Assembly: GCA_043228905.1 (NCBI GenBank) | Contig: JBHGNT010000015.1 | Span: 13,268,001-13,332,000, forward strand | Direction: 5' to 3' | DNA length: 64,000 bases | Source of the DNA: Azolla caroliniana | Lineage: Eukaryota > Plantae > Polypodiophyta | In this document: positions 50,846 through 64,000 of the stretch, one piece after another | How the letters are laid out: each line of letters opens with the position of its first letter | How positions within the stretch are numbered: the first letter of the stretch is position 1 | Program-made: the position numbers and the translations under genes | Notes under the pieces: generated by a model | The model's input: only the letters and a program-made list of their open reading frames with translations | Databases searched by the model: none | What the model was told of the DNA's origin: nothing

Positions 50846-53388
50846 TGTGACTGGCCACAACCAATTCCACTTTGAATGTTCGGCTGCAAAGATCTAGAAA
50901 GACAAGACACGGATAGAAAAATGAGGAGGCAGAAAAACAAGTACATAGACACACGATCTTTTACGTGGAAAACTCGAAAGGGAAAAACTATGGGGGTCCA
51001 CAAACCTTGAGAAATAGAACGTCTTCGGCAACTTTGCATGTGCAAGCATACTTCGGACCCTCTCCATTACAGTCCGGTTCATTCTCTTGGCCATCCCATT
51101 AAGCTCTGGCGTCTTCGGCATGGTATACTCGAGCCAGATTCATTGCGTTCGGCAATATTCCTCGATGTGCCCTCGGTATTCACCACCATTGTCGGCTTGA
51201 ACAACTTTCAGCTTTCAACCGGTTTCTCTTTTGGCCCTCGCTTGGAACTCTTTGAAGACGGCTAACACCTGGTCCTTCGTCTTCAGCACAAAAACCCACA
51301 ACTTCTAGCTACAGTTGTCTATGAAGGTCACAAAATACTATGAACCACCATGAGACTTTGTGTCCACATATCATACGTCAGTAGGCAAGAGTTCCAACGG
51401 TATTTTCTTCATCATCGTGGGCCTCAATTAGAAGGAGGTTCTGTTTTGCTTGTCAGCCTAGCAATTGACACACTTATCTAGATGCACTTTCTTCATCTCC
51501 GGTAGGAGTTCCTTTTCGGCTAGCATCTGCATTCCCTTTTGGCTAATGTGGCATAATCTCTTGTGCCACAACTCACCCGTTGTGTCAGCTGCCACATTCA
51601 ATTCTGCTTGGCATAATCGAGCATTCATTATATATAGTGTTGGTTTTTCGGGCTCGATCCACAATTAGGCTCCCCTTGCAGAACTTCATGACACCATTTC
51701 GGATGCTACCCATGTAGCCTTCGTCATCCAGCTGACTGACTGATAACAGATTCAATCTGACTTCCAAAACGTGTCGAACATCTTTTAGCACCAGTCGACA
51801 TCCATTCGACGTTTCCAAACACACATCTCCAATGCTGACAATTCAACATGCTCCTTCATGTCCTATTTTTACAAGACCATGGTCTCCAGCCTTGTATGAT
51901 GAGAAGCACTTGCAGTCGAGGGTTAGGTGAAACGACACACCTAAATCGACCACCCATGTCGATTCTTCGCCGACAAGATTGACCTCATTTTGTTCACTAA
52001 TGAACATTAGCTCCTCTTCACTCGCGGTGATTGCTAAGGTGTTCTTTCTATCTATGATTTTCTTCGGCCCTACACCATCAGCTCCCCCTTTCTCCTTTCG
52101 AAAGTGTTGGCAATTCTTTTGGAAGTGCCCCGACTTCCCACAATAGAAGTACATGGGCCTTCCCCTCAACTTCAACCTTGTCCCCGACTTATCTCGTTTC
52201 CGGGGACTTCAATTTCGTCCTCTTCCTCGATTCGTGTCACTTTTTGTGACTAAGGCCTTTGGGTCCTGCGCAACACAAGCTCTAGGGATATGTGTTTCCC
52301 TCCGGTCCCATGTTGCCCAATGTGACAATCAACATTTACCAGCTGTCCAGAAGGGATCCCAACAACAATAGTGTTAATACCTCATCGACAAGAGGTACTT
52401 CTAGGGAGGTGGTTTGGTTCATCAATCCTTGGAAGGCATTAATATGCTCTACCATGCTGGTATCATCTTGATATTGGAGTCTCGCGATTTTTCTTAAAAC
52501 TTAGCCTCTGTTCACGATGTTCTTGTTCTCGAACATTATGTCAATCTTCTTCCAGAGGACGTCGACACTCGTCTCTTCATCAAAGTTATTTTATAGACTC
52601 ATGTCTATAAAACACCTTATAGACTTCAGATGCATGACTTCCCAAGTTGATGCATCGATCTTGTCTGGCTTTGTCGTAACGTATTGCACCGGCAGCCATA
52701 GGTCTTTGCATACGAGCATATCTCACATCTTCAACTTCCACACTGAGTAGTTGGAGCTGGTTAACTTGAACATTCCACCATAGTGTTCGCCCATCGCTCT
52801 AATACCACTATGTTAGGATCGTGACCGACCACAACCGGTTCCACTTCGAATGTTCGGTTGCAAAGATCTAGAAAGATAGTACATAGACAGAAAAATGAGG
52901 AGGCAGAAAAACAAGTACAGAGACACAAAATTTTTTATGTGGAAAACCCGAAAGGGAAAAACCACGGGGGTCCACAAACCCCGAGAAACAAAATCATTAT
53001 AATCGAGAGGAAATACAACAGTGAGAATCTCATGGCAACGACCTATGTGTTCTCCTTCGTCAGGTTGACGGTTGTAGAGTTACTCACACTTACACGTTCT
53101 CTCTTTCTCTCTCTGCTATTAGTTATAGTCTACAGAGGCAACAACCTTCTCTAACTATATAACAATGATCAAATCTACATAAAGTTTGCCCTAGTTGTAT
53201 TTATACTTATACAACTTTCTAGTTATTTACAGATATAGCCCTCATGGGGCACATTCTGACTATTTACAGATATAGTCTCCCGAATCGGTTATAACATCGA
53301 TTTTGGTTTCGGCCTCGGTCGAATTACCCATGTGTCTTCAATTTGGTTCATTTTCTTCTTCGCATCTAGAGGGACCTGTTTTCCCAAC
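50842..53388 (-). mobile_element. Element I: internally deleted copia related to F; 5' LTR 52811-53388, partial 3' LTR 50842-~51012
   Basis: PBS TGGTATTAGAGC at 52796-52807. gag, PR and INT fragments are homologous to F. The integrase joins directly to LTR sequence, so RT/RH is deleted. Confidence 0.88.
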
Positions 53389-53389
53389 C

Positions 53390-53445
53390 GATTACTTGAT
53401 AGGAGCAGAAGTAGTGATCGAAACGGATTGTCTTCCGATAATCAG
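53390..53445 (+). pseudogene. Gypsy RNase H fragment (oldest layer, piece 3)
   Basis: DYLIGAEVVIETDCLPI, the direct continuation of piece 2. Confidence 0.85.
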
Positions 53446-56400
53446 AATGGATGAGGCAACCTTAATGGATCAATTCTGTCAGGGTTTGCGTAATGATGTC
53501 AAAGATCTTCTTCTTACTTTCCATGAAAATCCAAAGTCTCTTACAGAGGCCATTAGTTGAGCTGTGTGATGTGATAATCACCTATTTGAGCGATGTTCTG
53601 AATGTCAACAAATGCTACGCCGCCAACCAGAACAGACGTATGCTTCAATAGTCGCAACACCGCCACAAGTTCCCAGACCCGTTACGAGGGATGGTCCCAC
53701 TTCGATGGAAATAGAGTAAACACAACGTCGAGGGCCTTTATCAGATGTTGAGAAATAACAACGTCAGGCGCATCACCTATGCCTCTATTGTGGTGTTCCA
53801 GGACATATTGCTATGAATTGTCCACATAAACCCAGACGTCAAGTTTACCAAGTAACTGCACATGACAACCCTACCTTGAGTTCTACTATCACTTCTAATA
53901 ACTTAACTACTAAGCCTAATAACCCATGCCATGAGAATAAATTTGATGTGTTGAGCCAATTAGAGGATGTGTTAAACGAATAAGTCCGGCCAAAATAGGG
54001 GCCATTTGGTTGGACCATCCTAGATATGTAGAGTTTGTACCTAGTTGTGGTTCCATTTCATCAAATCAAGTTAGTAGAGTTTTTTCTGCACAAGTCGAGC
54101 TTAGCACATCCACAGGTCATCGAGTCCTAGCCTCTGCCCTCCTAGATTCTGGAGCCAATTCTTGTTTCATGGATAGCAAGTTTGCATTGACCCAAAACAT
54201 CATCTTGAACAAGCTCCCAAACCCAATAGCTGTATGAGTCATCGGTGGTCGCCCTATAGCATCAAGTGATATAGTCGAAGAGTCTAAACCAATTCGTGTA
54301 GTCCCAAGTAATTTGGCTAGTATCATCTCATTCAACATCATTAGTAGTCCAGAGCACTCTCTAGTTCTTGGTCTTCCTTGGTTTGAGTTACATAACCCAA
54401 CTATTGATTGGAGAAAAAGAACTATTGAAGAGGTCACAGTACAGACTGAGTCTCTTGAAACTCCAACATATGACGAATGACATTTTTCGAGACTTCCTCG
54501 ATATCTTCATTATAGTTTACTTGGATGATATCTTGATCTACTCAAAAACTCAAGAGGAGCATGAGATACATGTTCGCCAAGTTTTGCAATGGTTACGAGA
54601 GTATGGTCTCTATGCAAAATTGGAGAGTGTAGTTTCGACCAGTGTCAAGTGGAATTTTTGGGGTACATAGTCTCTTCAAATGGCATCTCTATGGATCCAT
54701 CAAAGGTTCAAACAATTTTGGATTGGCAAACACCATAGTCTGTGCAAGATGTACAATGTTTTTTGGGGTTCACAAACTTTTATCCTAAGTTCATCAAAGA
54801 TTATTGAAAGATTGTATTGCCCCTCACTCAACTAACGCGCAAGAATCAACCATTTGTATGGGGTATAGAAGCGAACTCTGCATTTGAGGGTTTAAAGCAA
54901 GCGTTTACATCTACACCAATTTTAATGCATGTCGATCCAATGAGGCGCTTTATACTTGAAGCTGATGCATACTATATCCCAGATTGGCGAAGATGGCGAA
55001 CTGCACCCTATGGCTTTTCCCTCACGGAAATTTGAAGCCACAGAAATCAACTATGATATTCACAACAAAGAGCTTCTTGCCATTGTGGATTCTTTTCAAC
55101 AATGGCATCATTTTTTGGAGGGTTCTTCTCAACATATTATTGTCTTCAATGATCAAAAAAATCTAACATAGTTCCAAAGTGCTCGAGTCTTGAATTGTCG
55201 ACAAGCTCGTTGGGCGCAGTTCTTAACTCGTTTTGATTTTGTAATTCTATATCGCCCTGGGATGCAACAAGGAAAAGCAGATGCTTTATCTCAACATTTG
55301 TATATGGAACTTCAATCAAGAGAGGCCGCATTTGAAAGTCAAAAGCAAATCCTCTTAGGTCCTGATCGTCTACGAGTAATGGCAATACATACTATCAACA
55401 CACCGGGAGATTCGAGGCTTCTTGATTCCATTCGGGAGCAGATTGCGATAGATGCATTCGCCCAAGAGGTTTTGAGTCATATTATCCCATATCATGCTTC
55501 TAGCTCCCAATCTCAAAATCCTCGTCTAGACTACACCCAGTTCAATTGGCATGATGGTTTGCTTTTTCGACAAACTCTCTTGTATGTGCCTGACAGTCAT
55601 TCTTGACTCAAAGTCGTGCAACAATGTCATGACACGCCAATGGCTGGGCATTTCGGCATCCACAAGACTTTTGAGTTGATTTCTCGCCGATATTGGTGGC
55701 CACGGATTCACCATTTTGTTATGGATTATGTTCGCAGTTGTGATACATGTTGCCGATCAAAAAAGCCTCGACATCATCCATATGGCCTATTACAGCCAAT
55801 GCCTATTCCAGAGAGCCCATGGAAATCTATTTCCTTGGACTTTATTATGGATCTTCCACCTTCCAAGGGATTTGATTCTATTCTCACGGTAGTCGATTGT
55901 TTTACAAAGATGGCGCATTTCCTTCCATGCACGAAGACCATTACTAGTCAAGAGATAGCCGATTTACTCATGCGGGAGGTGTTTCGCCATCATGGTCTTC
56001 TGGATGATATTATCAGTGATCGGGGTTCCCAATTCATCTCAAAATTTTGGCGGCACATGTTCAAACTCTTACATACTTCTTGTAAACTCTCTTCCGGCTA
56101 CCATCCAAAGACTAATGGGCAGAGTGAGCGCACCAACCAAACAGTCGAACAATATCTATGTTGTTTTGTCAACTATCAACAAGATCATTGGGTGGATTTA
56201 TTACATTTGGCGGAATTTGCTTACAAAAACTCTGAACATTCTTCTATTGGATATTCCCCATTTTTTGCTAACATTGGGTACCATCATTGGACGATGCTTG
56301 AACATCCCGAACTCCCGAAAAACCCGATTGCTGAAGATCGGCTCACTCGACTCCAAGAAATTCAGGATATACTTTTGCATCATTTATGTGATGCCCTAAA

Positions 56401-57305
56401 CACTCAAAAGAAGATTGATGATCGTCATCGGCGTGATTCATCGACTACGTTTCAAGTTGTAGATCGTGTATGGCTCTTACAAGGTAGCATTAAAACCACC
56501 CGACCTTGGTACAAATTGGATTATCAACGTTTCGGCCCACATGTGATCTCTGGTAAGATCAATGATGTGATATTTCATCTTGATCTCCCTCCTCATATGC
56601 GTCTTCACCCAGTCTTCCATGTTTCACTTTTGGAGCCCTACACAACAAGCTCTATTCCGGGTCGTCTTACACCTCCCCCACCTCCAATCGAAGTTTCCAA
56701 TGGCTCTGAATATGAGGTTGTTGCTATTCTCGACTCCAAGATCATCCGCAACAAACTATATTATTTGGTTGATTAGTTAGGTTATACACCTAATGATCGA
56801 ACATGGGAGCCTGCCGAGCATCTTGCTAATGCCTCCGACATGGTTGTTGCATTTCACGACAAATATCCCCATAAACCAAGTCCGAACTCTTGTCTTCCGA
56901 CTCGTGGAACTCGTCACCGAAAGGGGGGATAATGTCATGAAGACAACATTTCTGCTTATCAAGAATCGAACCCACGACTTCTTGGTCTATGCGTTGAACC
57001 CTTAACCATTGTAATAACATATATGTTGTGTGATTATAATAATTATATTTCTAGTTATTACAAGATATTAGAATATTCTAGAACATTCTAGATTATTCTA
57101 AAACATCCTTTAATATTTCATGATTATATTTCTTATCATAAAATCTAAAATATTCTAGAACATTCTAGAATACTCCATACAGATCTATAAATAAGTGTCC
57201 ATACATTCATTTCAACTCATTCGGTTCAACACCAGTCTTTAGCCCTTAGCCTACTCATTGTAATCTTGTTTCATCATAATATAATCTCATTTCTATTTCA
57301 AGTCT

Positions 57306-57379
<74 letters not shown>

Positions 57380-57461
57380 TCTCTCTTTCCCTCTCGCTCT
57401 CGTTCTCACTCTATCTCCTACCCACGAGTCTCGATAGCCCGCACCACCGGTGTCTAAGATA
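53446..57461 (+). mobile_element. Element E: 5'-truncated, decayed Tcn1-like chromovirus related to A; 3' LTR 56933-~57461
   Basis: gag GLRNDVKDLLLTF, LLDSGANSCF, YLDD, integrase and chromodomain EYEVVAILDSK. PPT AAGGGGGGATAA. Internal RT deletion near 54455. Confidence 0.9.
57317..57377. repeat. (CA)n microsatellite in the LTR of E
   Basis: Read directly from the sequence. Confidence 0.95.
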
Positions 57462-60400
57462 GCAACCTTCCGAAGTAATGTCCTTATGAGGTTAGCTAAG
57501 ACAACGTTACAAGATCTTGGACTGTGATGGTGTTACCACCAGAGGCTAAAAATGGTTTTAGACGATTGATGTGAAAACCTGGATGAATACCAACGTTATG
57601 GGGTAAGGCAAGGTGATAAGCAGATGACCCAACTCGCTTAAGGATTTCAAATGGGCCACAATATCGTGGGGCTAACTTAGCACACTTGCCCATAGACAAT
57701 GACATAGAGTCAGTAGGGACACGCAAAAAGGCTTTTTGACCAATAGTAAATGCACGAGGAAGTCTATCCTGATCAGCATAAAATCGAACATGATCTTCAC
57801 CTGTCTGAACATTTTCTTTGGCAATATGCAACATCTAGTTCATTTCTTGCAAAAAATTGTGTGTACTGTCTAATGTATCACGCTGCATGTGGCCAAAAAC
57901 CATACATAAACATAAAAGGACTATATCCATTGGATGTATGTTTTGAGCTATTATAGGCAAATTCTAAGATAGGAAGGTATTGCTCCCACTTAGAAGGGGT
58001 TTTTGCTACATAAATTCGAAGCATGTCCTCAATAATTTGATTAACTCGTTTAGTTTGTCCATCAGTTTGAGGATGATCTATGGAACTCATGCTCAACGTA
58101 GTTTCTAGCTTCTTAAGGAACTGAGTCCAAAAGTCACTAGTAAACTTGGAATCTCGATCACTACCAATATCCATTGGTAATCCATAAAAACGAAATAACT
58201 CATCAACAAATTGATAAGCCAATTGTTGAGTGGTTACTGTGGTTTTGGTAGGAATAAATCTGGCCAATTTTGTTAGTCAGTTAACGACAACCCAAATGGC
58301 ATCATGACTCCTCTGTGTACGAGGTAAACTAACAATAAAATCCATCGAGATACATTCCCATTTTTTATTGGGAATATCTAAAGGATGCAAAAGACCAACT
58401 TTAAGTCATTCTGACTTATTAATTTGACATTATAAGCATTGAGTCACGTATTTATGCACATCAGAATGCATCTTAGGCCAGGAAAAAGTACTCGAGATGA
58501 GAACAAGTGTGTGTTGTATTCCACGATGACCAACAAATGGTGCATCATGACATTCATGAAGATTTTTCTATTTCATGTTTGGTAAATTTGGAGCACAGAC
58601 CTTTCCACTATTGTAGAGCAAACTATTTGTAATGTGAAAGGTCACCTTCGAGGGTAGGGTGCTAGTAATGGTATCTAAACCAGATTCAGGTTTCGTCCAG
58701 TAGTTTGAGAAATAATTGTCATCAAGGTATTTCCCTCGAAGGTGATCTAAAAGATCAGATTTTATTTCGTGAAGGTAAGCATGTTAACTGCTTTAATGTG
58801 AATAAGGGCATCCGCAATGGTGTTCATAGAACCCTTGCAATACCATATAGAAAAATCAAAATCTTGCATAAGGTTAGTCCAACGACGTTTACAACCAACA
58901 AGATCTGGCTGGTCACAAAAATACTTCAATGATTGATGGTCCGTTGTAACCACAAATTGATTTCCATAGAGATAATGCCTCCATGTTTTTAGTGCATGTA
59001 TTACTGCGAACAAGTCTTTCTCTTGAACCGAATATTGAGGTTGAGTAGCATTAGGTTTTTTACTTTCAAAAGAAATAAGGTGTCTGCCTTGATAAAGGAC
59101 GACACCAATGGCATAATCACTAGCATCGGTTTCGACTGAGAAAGGCTTGGAAGGATCCGGTAATAGAAGAGTGGGAGCTTGACACACAAACTTTTTGAGT
59201 ATCTCAAATGATGTGTCTAGTTTTTCATTCCAGGAATTTGATTTGACAGACTTACATGGATGACCTTTTAAAAGGTCAGTTAATGGTGTAGTAAATTTGG
59301 AACAGTTACGAATTGATTTACGTAAAAATCCAACAAATCCTAAGAATGAGCAAAGTTCACGAATATTACGAGGAATGGGCCAAAGTTTAACCTTTTCAAA
59401 ACCAGAAGGTTCAATTTCAATGCCATTTTCCTTACTTAAATGACGTAGGTACACAATAGAGTTTTTGGAAAAAATCACATTTTGAAAGTTTTGCATAGAA
59501 AGAGTTGTCACACAACTTTTGCAAAACAAATAAAAAATGTTGAACATGATCTTGCAAGGTACGGCCACATATGAGAATATCATCCAAGAAGATGACAACA
59601 AAATCACCAAGTCGACCTCGGAAAACGTCATTCATCGCTTGGTGGAATGTGACTAGAGCATTAGTCAACCCGAAAGGCGTGACCAAAAAACTCATAATGG
59701 TCATAGCGTGTACGAAAAGCGGCTTTAGGAATATCATCTTTGGCAAATGTGAATCTAATGATAACTTGTTCGTAAGTCAATTTTCGTAAAATATCAGGGC
59801 CCATGCAAACAATAAATCAAATCATTGATACAAGGTAATGGATATGCATTTTTTATTGTCATTTTATTCAAACGGTGATAATTGATACACATTCACTATG
59901 AACCTTCTTCTTAACTAACAGAACTGGCACACCCCGAGGTGATTTACTATACCTAATGTGGTCCATACTCAAGTATTCGTTAAGTTGTTTAGCGATCTCA
60001 TCCACTTCTAATCGACTAAGTCGATAAGGTGGAGTGCTCACAGGAGTAGCACCGGGAATGAGTTCAATCTTATTGTCCACATTACGTTTTGGTGGTAAAG
60101 TAAGTGGCAATTCGTTACGAAACACCTCTTGAAAATCGTCTAGAATAGAGTCAAGTAATTGTCGTTCATAATGTGGCAATTGTGTGGCGTCAATATTAAA
60201 ATAATACAATTGAAGCGCGACATCAATTACACACGAATAAATTGATGAGCTAGAATACCCACTTAAAGATTTATAAGACACAATTGAACGAGAAGGAATT
60301 TTGGAACATTGAATAAAATGTTTACAATTATTAAGTTCAAATGTGATTGAGTGATTAACCCAGTCAATGGACAAAGAAGGGTTTTTATTAAAAACCAAGG

Positions 60401-62570
60401 GTATCCAAAAAATGACATCTGTAGATTGTAGTTTCATAACATGAAAGTCAAACTTCTCCATATACGTATCTATTTGAATTGGCAGTTGACAAACAATGCC
60501 ACTTGATGTATTGGACGCCTCCATTTGCCATGTGAACTTGATAGATATGATCACTTGCATTTATGTGGAGTTTCATTTGTTGCACCAAGTGATCATTAAG
60601 GAAATTGTGAGAACTATTGGAATCAAACAAGAAATGTGCTTGTGTTCCATTGATATACCCAAGTGCTCAGATTAAATCATTAGGACCAAGTAAATGTGAA
60701 GGAAAAGTGCATCGACATAAGCTTAAGTGGTTGGTATGAACATCAATAACATCAAAAGATTCACTTGTGTGACTCGTAGATTGTCTTGAGGAGGGGTGTT
60801 TGTTGACTTCCTCTCAAGACGATGTCAAGTATCCTTTGTGTGGTTCCGCTTCTTGCAATACGCACAGATGAGGTTTGGTTTCTTTGAGTCACGGACAAGA
60901 GCGTCATTGGATTGCTTACGTTTCCCAATGAACTTGATATTCGGAGTTTTGGCAAACTTAGGTTTATTGCGGACTTTCTTGGAAGTCCTATGGTACCGGA
61001 GTACAATGTTGACTGCTTCCTTGAAAGTTGTGGGGTCCTTGTCATGGACAATCCAATGTAATCGCCATTGGGAATACCATTTAGAAAACAAGCGACAAAC
61101 CATTTCTCACCCGTGAGTCCCAATTTTTGGATCTGGGTCCGAGCATGATGCACATAATCCTCGAGAGAGGTAAATGGCTTGCTCGACAACATGTGCAAGT
61201 TTTGTGCTTGTTCAGTTTGAGAAGGTGGTTGCAGTAACCATTTCTTGGAAACATCTACAAAACCTTCCCAAGTTGTGGGTAAGTTCTTTGCAGTCCTTAG
61301 GTCGTGCCACCAAGCAGCAGCACGGCCACCTAACTCATGATCTACATAACCAATTTGAACAACATCTGGCTTGGGATGGAGCTCAAAGTGAGACTCCCAA
61401 TGACCAAGCCAAGTGTTAATGGCCTCCTCAGTTCTTTCTTTATTATCTCCCTTGAATGGTCTGACTATGAAAGAAGGTTCATCTTCTTCCTTGGACGCAA
61501 AAGTCAATTCTTGGAATTTCTTTTCCAAAGCCATATTGGCTTGCCGCATTTCGGCCAATTGATTCAAGGTACTAGTGAGCAATTTCTCAATACACATCTC
61601 AGCCTGTGTGCGGGATGTGGATTGGAGTTGAGAGTTCTCGGTTGGAGATATCGCTCCAACAGTGTTCAAAACTTGTTCCATGATGCAGTTTGTGTGTACG
61701 CAATATAAATATGGAGGTTTCGAAAATACATGAGCAAAATGAATGCTTGAAATTTTGATTAGAAGAACTTTATCCAAGAAAGCATCTCACATCTTTACCC
61801 CTCTAGACATATGAGATATGAACCGAGATCCGATAACTATGGTGTTTTAAAAACCATGGGGGAAAACATAGCTAAGATGTCTTTCTCAGATCTCTATCGT
61901 GAATAATCATGCGGCTCCTCGAGGCTCAACCATGGTTCTAGCATCAATGTAAATTTCTAGGTAGCCTTATATATTAAAATTCCAACCCAAATGTATTGAT
62001 ATGGTTGAGAAAGTGTATTATGTGAAAAAATGAGTGCACTCGCAAGTAATATTCTAGTCTTGTGAGTAGGAAGCAAATGTTATGAAAAAAAAGATAAATA
62101 AGTCACTGCCTATAAGACACAAGAAGTGACGAAAAGAAGGTTCAAAAAACCATGTGTTACCTACTAAATAAAAATGGCACAAATAAATGGATGGTGCGAG
62201 GTATGCACATATCTATCCCAATATGGTGATTGTAATTTGCACAATTGTGACATAAGCCACAAATTGATACAAATGGTGGTGGTGTTGGGTGCAAAGATGT
62301 AGTACTCAAATCTAGGAGTAAAATATCAATAGGGGAACTCTTGTGTTTCTAATCGAGTTCTAAGGCTCAATTACATGCGTTAAACCTAGAGGACACTTTG
62401 GAAAAAATATTTTAAAAATGGCATGATGCCCACTCAATATGAAAAAAAATAGTCTACACAAAATTGTTACCCAATAGGGGAAACACACGTAAATAGTGTA
62501 GATGAACATAAAAATTAAGGGTAAAAAAACAATGAAATGTGGGTGGGTAGATGACAATCATAATAAAATC
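57462..62570 (-). mobile_element. Element J: old, 3'-truncated gypsy (plant chromovirus-like pol); putative 5' LTR from 61948, far end uncertain
   Basis: gag ORF 60761-61777, protease FDSNSSHNF, RT VVIFLDD, RNase H VETDASDYAIG, integrase HPQTDGQT and KLAPRYCGPF. Degenerate PBS next to TGTAAA at 61948. Confidence 0.8.
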
Positions 62571-62926
62571 TTAAGAAAGGGAAAAGACAAATTGAGTGAA
62601 GTATGCAAAAGGACCATGAGGTGAGTGTGTGTGATTAGTGCAAACACGCTCAGCCCGATCGGCGATGCACAAGAATAATTATTATCGTAAGAGAAAGCTC
62701 AATAAAGCTGAGAGTGGGATATACAATGCATTGTGCAAATAGGCCATGAGTTGAGAGTGTGCGATTAGTGCAAACACGCGCGACCCGATGCACAATTAGA
62801 ATTAATAGAGACAAAAACAGAGAATGGGGAAAACGGAAATCTGTAGAGCTCGGTCCGTCAACACTTCGTTCTCCAAAATCATGAATCCCTCCCTTTGTCT
62901 TTTCTTTCTCCTTTTATAGCTCAGGT

Positions 62927-63754
62927 TGTTAAGACAACCGCTTTTTGTCTCCGATTCTCTCCTCGATTTCCTATCATCAATCCCCTTTATTCATCTACTC
63001 GTGTGGTAATAAAAGTACCTATCAAAACATGCTCTCGACAGCTTGTTGAGCCGCATCTCGCCTTTCTCTTTCCTTCGAAAACCTCATGATCATACTCAAC
63101 ATCATCTCCTCAAAATTTTCTTCCTCCATCACCATCCTCCCTTGCCGCCCCTTCATGTCGGGTTCACCAAAGATGTCGTGGAAATCCGCAAGTGTATGTT
63201 GGCTTGGGCGAGTCCACGGTGATCTTGGACTAGGGAGTAAAAGAAGGGGAAAGTGGGAGCTTAACAAAGCCTTCGAGCACAAAAGGGGAGGAACAATGTG
63301 CGAATATTAAAAAGATAAAGGGCTAGATCGAGACAAGCTTTATCACGCTAATTCCATTACGAGGCACTAAAGCCACAAACACAACATGATTACAATCGCG
63401 ACCATATAGGCTGAACTCAAGCACACCTAGAAAACCTAACCAGATAGGAGGAAGAACTAAACCCTAATCGAGAGAAAGGAAAACAATATGAAAGGGGAAC
63501 CTAAAACCGAAACCCTAAAACGAAATAGGGATGAGAATAACTAAAACCCTGACGGTCTACCTCCAAATGACAAAATGGTGACCCCCTCAATGGTGCCTCC
63601 TCACCCCTTTTTTATAGTTCAAGGAGAGAGAGACCGTTACATCCGACTGTTAAGACAACCACTTTCTGTCCCTGATTCTCTCCTCGATTTCCTCTCATAA
63701 ATCCCCTTTATTCCTCTACTCGTGTGGTCATAAAACTACCTATCGAAACATGCT
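62927..63754. repeat. Two ~107-bp diverged direct repeats (62927-63033 and 63648-63754)
   Basis: TGTTAAGACAACC...TACCTATC.AAACATGCT occurs twice, 721 bp apart, each preceded by TTTTATAG.TCA.G. Probably part of a long LTR that continues beyond the window. Confidence 0.75.
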
Positions 63755-64000
63755 TCCCTAATATTCAATAATAGATAAGTATTTACATATGTTTGTACAT
63801 AAAGATTGGTTAACTAGTGTGCATCCATGCACACCCTCGTTCATGCGCATCCGACTCCTTTTCTCCCTATGGTCAGAATCCTCCATGACATCGGCCCCCA
63901 CCAAACCGTACGTCCTCCAACACGTGCCAAGTAGTGAAACTGTGGAGATTCCGGCTCAGTCTTCACTCGTCCTCTCCCGAACCGTTGCCGATCCGTTCCT

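Overview
Eukaryotic, TE-saturated land-plant DNA, most plausibly a moss or other seed-free plant (inferred from the element lineages). It holds one host gene: an intronless MAP kinase kinase (16466-17635, minus strand, group C/D-like). The rest is a decayed L1 LINE (1-2745), a hAT MITE with a perfect 8-bp TSD (12034-12670) and at least a dozen LTR retrotransposons or remnants. These include a four-level nest whose insertion order can be read from TSDs and collinearity: old gypsy pol > copia H > copia F and non-autonomous chromovirus D > tRNA-Trp-primed gypsies B and C. Four non-coding signals stand out. (1) Every clearly delimited gypsy LTR, from two unrelated lineages, carries an antisense, outward-facing tRNA-like Pol III A-box/B-box cassette in U3. 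(2) Tcn1-like elements show tRNA-independent self-priming with compensatory changes between families. (3) There are two different slippery-site plus pseudoknot -1 frameshift signals. (4) A gypsy LTR shares a U3 block with a copia LTR. All coordinates were read by eye; no searches or folding programs were run.
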